Source: Solirubrobacterales bacterium (GTDB lineage Bacteria > Actinomycetota > Thermoleophilia > Solirubrobacterales > 70-9). From it: a stretch of DNA of 64,000 nt. The number at the start of each line of letters is the position of its first letter. The stretch's first letter is position 1. The notes beneath the pieces were generated by a model, which saw only the letters and a list, made by a program, of their open reading frames with translations, did not search any database and was not told where the DNA came from. The DNA is taken from positions 2,491 through 66,490 of the forward strand of contig JAGQUO010000001.1 of the NCBI GenBank assembly GCA_020438445.1. Reading direction: 5' to 3'. Below, in pieces: positions 1 through 8,274 of this stretch. Position numbers and translations under genes: made by a program.

Positions 1-108
1 CTTGGCCGGGTCGAACCCGAAGGCGCGAGCGGTCAGGTCGGGGGCGAGCCAGCCCCCGATCCCGATCATCGCCCTCGTGCCCCCCAGGAACATCCTCTTC
101 GCATCCAT
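1..108 (-). CDS. hypothetical protein, 5' end only (gene runs off the window start)
   Basis: ATG at 108-106 is preceded by GGAGGA (complement of 115-120). It translates MDAKRMFLGGTRAMIGIGGWLAPDLTARAFGFDPAK with G/C-rich third positions. Too short to assign a family. Confidence 0.35.
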   Translation of the reverse strand, partial: MDAKRMFLGGTRAMIGIGGWLAPDLTARAFGFDPAK

Positions 109-289
109 CGTCAGTCCTCCGCGTCGGTTTCCAGTCAAAACATAAACGATGTTCATGTTCTCTGCAGGTCAGCCGGTGAGCCGGGTTGCATCGACATGCG
201 GGCTCGTGAAAGGGTGCAGGCGCGATGAGCCGGCACGCTCACACCGCAGCTTCCGGCCCGGCGTCCGGCGAGGGCCGAGGGGAAGCCGG

Positions 290-946
290 ATGAGGATCGG
301 GGTCCTCGGCACCGGGATGGTCGGGCGCACGATCGCCTCGAAGCTCGCCGAGCTCGGGCACGAGGTGCGGATGGGCTCCCGGGCGGCCGGAACCGAGGCA
401 GCGGTCGATTGGGTTGCGGACGCCGGGCCGAATGCGAGCGAGGGCAGCTTCGGAGACGCCGCCGGCTTCGGCGAGCTCCTGTTCAACTGCACCGCCGGCG
501 GAGCGTCGCTCGAAGCCCTGGCGATCGCCGGCGAGGCGAACCTCCACGGCAAGGTCCTGGTCGATGTCGCCAACCCGCTCGACTTCTCGGGCGGGATGCC
601 GCCGACGCTCTCGATCTGCAACGACGACAGCCTCGGCGAGCGAATCCAGGTGGCCTTCCCGGAGGCGCTCGTCGTCAAGGCTCTGAACACCATCAACTGC
701 GCCGTCATGGTCGACCCGGAGCGGGTTCCCGGCGAGCATGTCGTCTTCGTCTGCGGCGAGAACGCGGCCGCGAAGGAGCGCGTCACCGGCCTCCTCGGCG
801 AGTTCGGCTGGCCCGGCGAGCGCATCGTCGACCTCGGTGGAATCGCGGCGGCCCGCGGAACCGAGATGTACCTGCCGCTCTGGCTCGCTCTCTACGGGAA
901 GCTCGGAACGGGCGATTTCAACGTCACGATCGCTCGCAGCGGCTGA
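290..946 (+). CDS. NADP oxidoreductase, coenzyme F420-dependent family (NADPH-dependent F420 reductase-like)
   Basis: N-terminal Rossmann motif MRIGVLGTGMVGRTIASKLAELGHEV. The length and C-terminal region fit the F420_oxidored family. ATG at 290 chosen over the upstream in-frame 149 start, which only adds Arg/Pro-rich sequence. Confidence 0.75.
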   Translation: MRIGVLGTGMVGRTIASKLAELGHEVRMGSRAAGTEAAVDWVADAGPNASEGSFGDAAGFGELLFNCTAGGASLEALAIAGEANLHGKVLVDVANPLDFSGGMPPTLSICNDDSLGERIQVAFPEALVVKALNTINCAVMVDPERVPGEHVVFVCGENAAAKERVTGLLGEFGWPGERIVDLGGIAAARGTEMYLPLWLALYGKLGTGDFNVTIARSG

Positions 947-956
947 CTGACGCCCG

Positions 957-1478
957 ATGATCGAACTCGTCCAGGGCGACGTCACCCGCCAGCATGTCGA
1001 CGTCATCGTCAACGCGGCGAACTCCCGCCTCGCCCACGGGGGCGGTGTCGCCGCGGCGATCGCGCTCGCGGGCGGTCCCGATCTGAGGCGCGAGTCGGAG
1101 GCGCATCCTCACGTTCCGGTCGGAGAGGCGGCCGTGACCACGGCCGGGGCGCTGCCCGCACGTTGGGTGGTCCACGCGGTCGGGCCCGTCTGGTCCGGCG
1201 GCGATGAGGGGGAGGCGGAGCTGCTCGCCTCCGCCTATCGCTCGGCGCTCGGAATGGCGATCGACCTCGGCGCCCGCTCGATCGCATTCCCGTCGCTCTC
1301 GACCGGGATCTTCGGCTATCCGGTGGAGGAGGCGGCACGGATCGCCATCGCGACGCTGAGGGAGTGCGAGCTGGAGCCGACGGCGCCGGAGCTGATCCGG
1401 GTCTGCCTCTTCAGCGATGCCGACTTCGGTGCCTACGAGGCCGCGCTCGAAGCCGTCGCCGGGGCGGAGGACGGATGA
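957..1478 (+). CDS. macro domain protein (ADP-ribose / O-acetyl-ADP-ribose binding or deacetylase family)
   Basis: Matches the macro-domain consensus: GDVTRQHVDVIVNAAN, HGGGVAAAI, HAVGPVW, IAFPSLSTGIFGYP. Confidence 0.85.
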   Translation: MIELVQGDVTRQHVDVIVNAANSRLAHGGGVAAAIALAGGPDLRRESEAHPHVPVGEAAVTTAGALPARWVVHAVGPVWSGGDEGEAELLASAYRSALGMAIDLGARSIAFPSLSTGIFGYPVEEAARIAIATLRECELEPTAPELIRVCLFSDADFGAYEAALEAVAGAEDG

Positions 1479-2464
1479 GCACGGTTCTGGTCACGGGTGC
1501 GACCGGGACCGTGGGCTGGCCGATCGCCCGCGATCTGATCGCGCGCGGCGACTCCGTCGTCGCCCTCGTTCGGGACACCGAGCGCGCCCGGGCGATCCTG
1601 CCGGCAGGCGTGACGCCGGTGCCGGGAGACGTCTGCGACCGTGATTCCGTCAAGCGGGCGGTCGCCGGTGCCGAGATCGTGTTCCACGCTGCCGGTCTGC
1701 CCGAGCAATGGCGCCGCGATCCCGAGGACTTCCGTCGCGTCAACGTCGACGGGACGCGGATCGTCGCCGAGGAGTCGCTCTCGGCCGGCGTCGGGCGCTT
1801 CGCCTACACGAGCACGATCGACGTCTTCCGCTGGACCCCCGGCCGGCCGTTCGACGAGTCGGTGATCGACCCTGAGCCGCGACCGACCGATTACGAGCGC
1901 TCGAAGCAGGAGGCGGACCGGATCGTGGTCGCGGCGATGGACGCCGGGCTCGACGCCGTCTTCCTGCACCCCGCCGCCGTCTACGGGCCGGTGCCCGCCG
2001 TCGCGGCGGGGCTCAACGACCTGATCGTCCGGCTGGCCACCGGCAAGATCCCACTGCTCCTGCCGGGCGGGATGCCGGCCGTCCATTCCGACGACGTCGC
2101 GAGCGCTCACATCCGCGCCGCCGACGCCGCCCCGGCCGGGGCCCGGTACATCGTGGCCGATCGGTACATGACGCTCTCGGCGATCGCCGAGTCGGTGGCG
2201 GCTCTGGTCCCGGGGGCCAAGCGGCCTCCGGTGATGCCGCTCCGGGCCGCTCGGCTGCTCTCGGCTGCGGGCGAGCGGGTCGCCGCGCGCACCGGCAGGC
2301 CACCTTTGATCCCGCGCGGCGTCCTGATCTTCCTCGAGTCGCATGCGGTTCCGGATGCTGCGCGGGCCGAGGCGGAGCTCGGACTCCGGGTCACGCCCTG
2401 GGAGCAGGGGCTCGCGGGGGCCATCGAGCGCTTTCGCGCTCAGGGCTGGAAGACCGTCGCCTGA
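1475..2464 (+). CDS. NAD-dependent epimerase/dehydratase family protein (extended SDR)
   Basis: VLVTGATGTVGWPIARDL glycine-rich NAD motif and a YERSK catalytic YxxxK. The ATG at 1475 overlaps the macro-domain stop (ATGA). Confidence 0.8.
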   Translation: MSTVLVTGATGTVGWPIARDLIARGDSVVALVRDTERARAILPAGVTPVPGDVCDRDSVKRAVAGAEIVFHAAGLPEQWRRDPEDFRRVNVDGTRIVAEESLSAGVGRFAYTSTIDVFRWTPGRPFDESVIDPEPRPTDYERSKQEADRIVVAAMDAGLDAVFLHPAAVYGPVPAVAAGLNDLIVRLATGKIPLLLPGGMPAVHSDDVASAHIRAADAAPAGARYIVADRYMTLSAIAESVAALVPGAKRPPVMPLRAARLLSAAGERVAARTGRPPLIPRGVLIFLESHAVPDAARAEAELGLRVTPWEQGLAGAIERFRAQGWKTVA

Positions 2465-2465
2465 T

Positions 2466-3104
2466 TCAGGCGAGGGCGCGGCTCAGCCACTTCCGCGCCG
2501 CCGGCAGGTGGGCCGGGTCGATCTGGTGGCCGGCGTCCGACTCGTGGTAGTCGACGGTGATCCCGGCGCCTTCGAACAGTTCCCGGGCGCGCCGCGCGAA
2601 GCCGATCTCCATCACGTTGTCGTTGCGCCCGTGCGCGATGAAGACCGGCAGCTCCCGGCGATCGTCCAGCGACGGCTCCCAGCCGTCCACCGTCGGTACG
2701 AAGCCGCTGCAGGCGAGGATCCCGGCCGGGGCCGGTCGCTCCTGCGACAGCCCGAGGGCGTAGCTCATGACGCTGCCCATCGAGAATCCGCCGAGCACCG
2801 TCCGCTCGGGCCCGATGCCGAGGCGCTCCCAGCACCGGTCGTGGAACTCGGCGAGTGCGGTCCACGCCGTCGCGAACGTCTCCGGATCGGGGTAGCCGAC
2901 GCGCGGCACCGCGTACCAATGGCGACCGGGCCAGCCCGGCAGGCGCAGTGGGCCGCCGGGCGTGACCGCATGGAAGCGTCGCTCGGGATCGAGGACCTCG
3001 GCGAGCCCGACGAGGTCGTGCTCGTCGGCGCCGCGCCCGTGATGAAGGATGAGCAGGCCTTCGGGATCGCCTCCCGCCGGCCGTTCGTCGAAATCGAGTC
3101 CCAC
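2466..3104 (-). CDS. phospholipase/carboxylesterase family alpha/beta hydrolase
   Basis: GFSMGS nucleophile elbow, a C-terminal AHGRNDNVM / GH triad region and ~210 aa size fit the Abhydrolase_2 type. GTG start. Confidence 0.75.
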   Translation of the reverse strand: MGLDFDERPAGGDPEGLLILHHGRGADEHDLVGLAEVLDPERRFHAVTPGGPLRLPGWPGRHWYAVPRVGYPDPETFATAWTALAEFHDRCWERLGIGPERTVLGGFSMGSVMSYALGLSQERPAPAGILACSGFVPTVDGWEPSLDDRRELPVFIAHGRNDNVMEIGFARRARELFEGAGITVDYHESDAGHQIDPAHLPAARKWLSRALA

Positions 3105-3202
3105 GACTCCCGACTGTAGCCGTCGGCCGCTCCGGCGCCGGATTCAGCGGACCTGACCTGGGTAGTTGCACGGTGAACGAAGTAAGCGACGAAAGGATCG
3201 AG

Positions 3203-3769
3203 ATGGCTGACGAGCTGACCGGGAAGAGGATCGCGGTTCTGGTGGCCAACGAGGGAGTCGAGCAGGTCGAGCTGACCGAGCCGCTCGAGGCGGTCCGCAA
3301 CGCCGGTGCCGAGGTCGAGCTCCTCGCACCCGAGGAGGGCGAGGTGCAGGCCTTCAACCACCTCGACAAGGGCGACACGTTCGAGGTCGACGTCACGGTG
3401 GGCGCTGCCGACCCCGCGGCCTACGACGGGCTCGTGCTGCCCGGCGGCGTGGCCAATCCGGACAACCTCCGCACGCATCCCGACGCCGTAGCGTTCGTCA
3501 GGTCGTTCTTCGACGCCGGCAAGCCGGTCGGGGCGATCTGCCACGCGCCGTGGACGCTGGTCGAGGCCGGGGTCGTCGAGGGGCGGACCGTCACCTCGTG
3601 GCCGAGCCTGCAGACCGACCTCCGCAACGCCGGCGCCGACTGGGTCGACGAGGAGGTCCACGTCGATCAGGGCCTGGTCACGAGCCGCAAGCCGGACGAC
3701 CTCGAGGCGTTCAACGCGAAGATCGTCGAGGAGTTCGCCGAGGGCGAGCACGAGGGCCAGCACGCCTGA
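3203..3769 (+). CDS. DJ-1/PfpI family protein (type 1 glutamine amidotransferase-like)
   Basis: RIAVLVANEGVEQVEL, LVLPGGV and the nucleophile elbow AICHAPW. The ATG at 3203 has AAAGGA 8 nt upstream. An alternative GTG lies at 3173. Confidence 0.85.
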   Translation: MADELTGKRIAVLVANEGVEQVELTEPLEAVRNAGAEVELLAPEEGEVQAFNHLDKGDTFEVDVTVGAADPAAYDGLVLPGGVANPDNLRTHPDAVAFVRSFFDAGKPVGAICHAPWTLVEAGVVEGRTVTSWPSLQTDLRNAGADWVDEEVHVDQGLVTSRKPDDLEAFNAKIVEEFAEGEHEGQHA

Positions 3770-3797
3770 GCGCAATGCCCGGCCCGGTCGTCGCCGG

Positions 3798-4907
3798 TCA
3801 GGCGGCGGCCGGGGCCGACGGGCCGGGGGAGTGGAGGCCTCCCGCCGCCGTGAGGAAGTCCTGCTCGACGCGGTTGACGACGCGGCTCGCCCACCGCGGC
3901 GAGAGCAGCGCGGGCAGTGATCCGGCCACGACCCCGAGCCTTCCGCCGGGCCCCGGCCATGGCCGGTGTCCGGTTCGCTCCGCGCAACCGCGGTAGTGCA
4001 GGTCGGTGAAGAGCAGCATCAACACCGCCGCGGTCCGCACGGTCGCGGTGCGCCCGAGGTCGAGGCGCTCGAACAGGCGCCTGTAGGCCCCGGCACGCCC
4101 GAGCGCCATCCTCATGTAGTCCTCGCGGACCGCGCGGACCGTCTCGCGGGCGCTCGGATCGCCGGGCGGGCAGCCGAGGTGCGGCTCGAGCGCCGGGTGG
4201 TAGCCGATGCCCCGCGCGAGGTCGGCCTCGATGTCGCGGGTGATGTTGGCGAGCTGGATCATCTCGCTCGCCTCGAAGGCGTCCTCTCGGTTGGCCGGCC
4301 CGCATTCCCCACCGGAGATGAGGTCGACGACGAAGACGGCGGGGTAGCCGATGACGTTCCTGCAGTAGAGCGCGATCTGCTCCTCACCGGCAAGCACGCC
4401 TCCCTGGCGGGCGAAGGTCTCCGTCGACCAGACCATTCCCGCCGACATCGAGCGGACGAGCTCGGTGATCCGGTCGCGGGTGCGCTCGTCCAGGGTCCGG
4501 TAGACGGCATCGACTTGAGCGCAGCGCTCGACGAGCAGCAGGTGCAGGCGATCGCGGTCGTCGCGGGCCAGCCGGTCGTCGATCGGGCTCGGCGCGGGCA
4601 GCCGCCCGCCGTCGAATCGGGCTGCGAACCGCTCGAGCTCGGCGCCGCGGCCGGCCGGGTCCGGGTAGAGGTCCTCGTAGGTGTCGAGCATCCGGCAGTA
4701 GAGGTAGGCGACGGCCGCGGCGCGGGCCTGCTCGCGCGGCAGGACGACGATGCTCGCCGCGAAGCTCCGGGCGGCGTGGGGGAGGACCCTCCAGACGAAG
4801 CGCTCGGGCCGGGTCTCGGCCGCGAGTGACTGCAGGTCGGGACGCCCCCGGTTCACGGTCAGGCCCTGCATCAGCAGCACCGGGCCGAGCGTGAATGCCG
4901 GTCGCAT
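3798..4907 (-). CDS. squalene/phytoene synthase family protein
   Basis: First Asp-rich region YLYCRMLDTYEDL and second region ANITRDIEADLARG, typical of head-to-head trans-isoprenyl diphosphate synthases. An alternative ATG lies at 4871. Confidence 0.75.
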   Translation of the reverse strand: MRPAFTLGPVLLMQGLTVNRGRPDLQSLAAETRPERFVWRVLPHAARSFAASIVVLPREQARAAAVAYLYCRMLDTYEDLYPDPAGRGAELERFAARFDGGRLPAPSPIDDRLARDDRDRLHLLLVERCAQVDAVYRTLDERTRDRITELVRSMSAGMVWSTETFARQGGVLAGEEQIALYCRNVIGYPAVFVVDLISGGECGPANREDAFEASEMIQLANITRDIEADLARGIGYHPALEPHLGCPPGDPSARETVRAVREDYMRMALGRAGAYRRLFERLDLGRTATVRTAAVLMLLFTDLHYRGCAERTGHRPWPGPGGRLGVVAGSLPALLSPRWASRVVNRVEQDFLTAAGGLHSPGPSAPAAA

Positions 4908-4910
4908 CGC

Positions 4911-6095
4911 CTAGCCGGTGCCCTCGGCCCGGTGCAGGTAGCGGTTCCCCTGCCGCTCGACGATCGCGACGAGGTTGCCCAGCGCGACGTTCACGTCGAG
5001 GAGATGCAACCCCCAGCCCGGAGTCGGGGAGGGGGTCAGGGTCCTCGCGCCGGCGACCGGCTCGATCTCGAGGGCGTCGGCGCCGTCGGCCCGGACGCAT
5101 TCCCCGCGGTAGTGATCCTGCGGGACCAGCCAGGGCGTATCCGCCGTCGGCACGTCGAATCCGTACATGAGCCCGATTCCCACCCCGAGCGTCCCCGGGA
5201 AGGGTTCGCTGCGGGCGATCGTCTTCAGGTGCCGCCCGGGTCCCCGGCCGAGCTCCGCCGGATTCGTGCAGGCGACCCGGTAGTCGGCCGGATCGGCGCC
5301 CTTCGGCAGCGAGACCAGCACACCGTCGGCGCGGCCGAACACCGCGTCGTCGGGCGGGGTCTCGTTGAACGTCGAGTAGGCGATCACGCAGCCCGTCTGT
5401 CCGCTCCGCTCGCAGAGGGGCGTCCGCCTGAACGTGCCGCCGACGTCATCGCCCCTGGGGACGACGACGTTGCCGCCGAGGAGGATCGCCGAGATCAGCT
5501 TCCGGCGCTGGCTCCGGTGACGCTCGATCTCGCTTCGCAGCAAGCGGCTCAGCATCCCGGTCCCCTGCGAGTGGCCGATCAGGACCACGCCGCGGCCGTG
5601 GTTGTGCTTGCGCAGGTAGGCGCGCCAGGCGGCGAGGACGTCGCCGTAGGCGATCTCGGCCGCCGCGGGGTCCAGGCCCTCGCCGCCGATCGCCTTCAGC
5701 GTGAGCTGCCTGTAGACCGGCGCATAGACCCTGCAGTCCTCCGAGAATCTAGCGGCCTGGTACTCGGCGATCGCGGTCTGCTGGGGGTCGACGTGCCGGT
5801 TCGCGTTGTCGGTCTGTTGCTCGCTCACCGTCGGGTAGACGTAGAAGCAGTCGAACTTCGGTCTGCGGGCATTCCGCCCCCGCTCGATCCGCACGGTCCC
5901 GTCGACCGCGATGTGGGTGGTCTCGAGGCTGCCCTTGCAGGGGTTCGGCGTCGCTCCGGGCATGCACAGCCATTTCGTCTTGGCCGCGGCGGGGCCGGGG
6001 ACGAGCAGCAGCGCGACCAGGAGCACGGCTGACAACGCGAAGGTCGCCGCGGCCCGGCGGGCGCTGCCGGAGATCTGTGCGGGTTGACGGGTCAA
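4911..6095 (-). CDS. secreted alpha/beta hydrolase, DUF3089-like (putative lipase)
   Basis: N-terminal signal/anchor AATFALSAVLLVALLLVPGPAAA and a VVLIGHSQGTGML nucleophile elbow. TTG start. Confidence 0.6.
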   Translation of the reverse strand: MTRQPAQISGSARRAAATFALSAVLLVALLLVPGPAAAKTKWLCMPGATPNPCKGSLETTHIAVDGTVRIERGRNARRPKFDCFYVYPTVSEQQTDNANRHVDPQQTAIAEYQAARFSEDCRVYAPVYRQLTLKAIGGEGLDPAAAEIAYGDVLAAWRAYLRKHNHGRGVVLIGHSQGTGMLSRLLRSEIERHRSQRRKLISAILLGGNVVVPRGDDVGGTFRRTPLCERSGQTGCVIAYSTFNETPPDDAVFGRADGVLVSLPKGADPADYRVACTNPAELGRGPGRHLKTIARSEPFPGTLGVGIGLMYGFDVPTADTPWLVPQDHYRGECVRADGADALEIEPVAGARTLTPSPTPGWGLHLLDVNVALGNLVAIVERQGNRYLHRAEGTG

Positions 6096-6162
6096 AGCTT
6101 GCTCTCCTCTCGGGTCCCGCCTGCCCGCGGAAGCCTACCGGCAGCCCGGCGCCCGCCCGCCG

Positions 6163-7041
6163 CTACGAGAGCTCCCGCAACTCGACGCCGGCGAGGATCC
6201 GCTCGACGTCCTCCCGTGCCGGCGGCTCGGTCCCGACGGTGCCCATGGCCGCGGCCGCCGCCGCCGCCCCGAGCCTGCACGCCTCCGCGATCGGCTCGCC
6301 CCGCGAGAGCGCCAGAAGAGTCGCTCCGGCGAAGGCGTCGCCACCGCCGATCGGGCTGATCACCTCGGCTGCGGGCGGCCTGATCGCGAATGAGCCCCGG
6401 GCGGTCGCGACGAACGCTCCGCGCTCGGCCTCGGTGACGACCACGACCTCCGCCCGCCCGGCGGCGACGAGCTCGAGCGCGGACTCGTGCCGGGCCGGAT
6501 CCTCGAGCGGACGGCGCCTGCCGACGAGGGTGTCGAACTCCCGCCAGTTCGGCTTGATCATGAACAGCTTCGGGCCGAGGGCGCCGGCCAGCGCCGGGCC
6601 GTGAGCGTCGACCATCAGCCTGGCGCCGGCATCGGCGGCGATCGCCGCGATCCGCCCGTACATGTCGTCGGGGGCACCGATCGGGAGGCTGCCGCTCGCG
6701 AGAACGTAGTCGCCCGGGCCGATCGCGCCGGCGACGGCGGCCTCGATCGCCTCGATCTCGTGGCCGGACACCGCCGGGCCGGGGAGGATGAACTTGAAGA
6801 TCCGCTCGGTGCAGCGCTCGGTGACCGCGAACGACTCGCGGGTCCGCCACGCGACCGGGATCGCCCGGTGCTCGACGCCCGCTTCGTCGAGCAGCACGCA
6901 GAGCCGCTGCCCGGTCTCCGCTCCGGAGCAGTGCAGGGCGAGGACCTCGCCGCCGAGCGACGTGATCGTCCGGGCGGCGTTGATCCCGCCGCCGCCGGGC
7001 TCGACCCGCTCCGCCTCGCACCGCAGCTTCACCTCCGGCAC
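6163..7041 (-). CDS. PfkB family carbohydrate kinase (1-phosphofructokinase / tagatose-6-phosphate kinase-like)
   Basis: GGGGINAARTI and the C-terminal PIGGGDAFAGA ATP/anion-hole motif. The first canonical start is GTG at 7041, but the conserved N-terminal strand IVTLTINPALD is encoded in frame upstream (to 7113) with no ATG/GTG/TTG. See findings. Confidence 0.8.
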   Translation of the reverse strand: MPEVKLRCEAERVEPGGGGINAARTITSLGGEVLALHCSGAETGQRLCVLLDEAGVEHRAIPVAWRTRESFAVTERCTERIFKFILPGPAVSGHEIEAIEAAVAGAIGPGDYVLASGSLPIGAPDDMYGRIAAIAADAGARLMVDAHGPALAGALGPKLFMIKPNWREFDTLVGRRRPLEDPARHESALELVAAGRAEVVVVTEAERGAFVATARGSFAIRPPAAEVISPIGGGDAFAGATLLALSRGEPIAEACRLGAAAAAAAMGTVGTEPPAREDVERILAGVELRELS

Positions 7042-7163
7042 CAGTTCGGCGACCGAGGTGCTGATGTCCAGCGCCGGGTTGATGGTCAGGGTGACGATCG
7101 CGATGCCACGAAGCTATCCGCTGATCTCACAAAACGGCAGCCCGGGTCGTTGAGAGCATTGAC

Positions 7164-7658
7164 GTGATGTCCGGACCGCCGACAGCCCCGCCCTTCCAGA
7201 CGCTGATCGACGCCCACTCGGGCGCCGTCGCCGCGTTCCTGCGAGGGATGCTGCCGGCGGCCGATGTCGAGGACGCACTCCAGGAGACGATGCTGGCGGC
7301 GCTCCGGGCCTATCCGGCATTCGACGGCCGCAATCCCCGGGCCTGGCTGCTCACCATCGCCCGGCGCAAGGCGATCGACGAGCATCGGGCGCGATCCCGG
7401 CGACCGGAGGCTCTGACGGAGCCGGAGGCTGTGGCCTCCGGCTCCGATCGCGGCGGCTACGACGCCGAGCTCTGGGGTCGGGTCGGAGCGCTGCCACCGA
7501 AGCAGCGGGCGGCGGTCGTCCTCCGCTTCGCCCTCGATCTTCGCTACCGCGAAGTCGGCGAGGCCCTGGACTGCTCCGAGGCGGCGGCACGTCGAAACGT
7601 CCACGAGGCGGTGCGGACCCTTCGCGCCGCGACGGAAGCCGAGAAGGAGGAGCGATGA
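7164..7658 (+). CDS. RNA polymerase sigma factor, ECF (sigma-70 group 4) family
   Basis: Region 2: DALQETMLAALRAYPAFDGRNPRAWLLTIARRKAIDEHR. Region 4: LPPKQRAAVVLRFALDLRYREVGEALDCSEAAARRNVHEA. The start is GTG 7164 or ATG 7167. Confidence 0.85.
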   Translation: MMSGPPTAPPFQTLIDAHSGAVAAFLRGMLPAADVEDALQETMLAALRAYPAFDGRNPRAWLLTIARRKAIDEHRARSRRPEALTEPEAVASGSDRGGYDAELWGRVGALPPKQRAAVVLRFALDLRYREVGEALDCSEAAARRNVHEAVRTLRAATEAEKEER

Positions 7659-8266
7659 ACATCGAGAACGACCTGAAGTCCACGGCCCGGGCGGCGACCG
7701 CCGCCCCGACCGACCTCGAGGGGCTCAGTGCGGCCGTCGGGCGGCGTGCGGCCGCGGACGGCATCCTCGATCTGGCCTACGCCGAGATCGACTCGCCGCT
7801 CGGGACCCTGCTCGCGGTTGCGACCCCGCAGGGGCTCGTCCATCTCGGCTACCCCGACCGGCCGGTCGCCGACCAGCTCGAGCTGCTGGCGGCGCGAATC
7901 TCGCCGCGAATCCTCGAGTCCGCGCGCGACCTCGACCGGGCTCGCCGTCAGCTCGACGAGTACTTCGCCGGGAGGCGGCGCCGATTCGACCTCGACCTCG
8001 ACTGGCAGCTGAGCGCGGGATTCGTCCGCTCCGTCCTCGAGCGGACCGCCGCGATTCCGTTCGGCGAGACCCGCACCTATGGCGAGATGGCGGCCGCCGC
8101 CGGCTCGCCGCGGGCCTTCCGCGCCGCCGGCCGGGCGCTCGGTGCGAATCCGATCCCGATCGTCGTCCCCTGCCACCGGGTGCTCCGCAGCGGCGGCGCC
8201 CTCGGCGGCTACGGCGGCGGCCTCGACGTCAAGCGCGAGTTGCTGACCCTCGAAGGGGTGCTCTAG
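7655..8266 (+). CDS. ogt: methylated-DNA--protein-cysteine S-methyltransferase (O6-alkylguanine-DNA alkyltransferase)
   Basis: Active-site IPIVVPCHRV motif, the FGETRTYGEMA helix-turn-helix region and an N-terminal MGMT-like domain. AAGGAGG sits 5 nt upstream, and the ATG overlaps the sigma-factor stop (ATGA). Confidence 0.9.
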   Translation: MNIENDLKSTARAATAAPTDLEGLSAAVGRRAAADGILDLAYAEIDSPLGTLLAVATPQGLVHLGYPDRPVADQLELLAARISPRILESARDLDRARRQLDEYFAGRRRRFDLDLDWQLSAGFVRSVLERTAAIPFGETRTYGEMAAAAGSPRAFRAAGRALGANPIPIVVPCHRVLRSGGALGGYGGGLDVKRELLTLEGVL

Positions 8267-8274
8267 GCGCGTCC

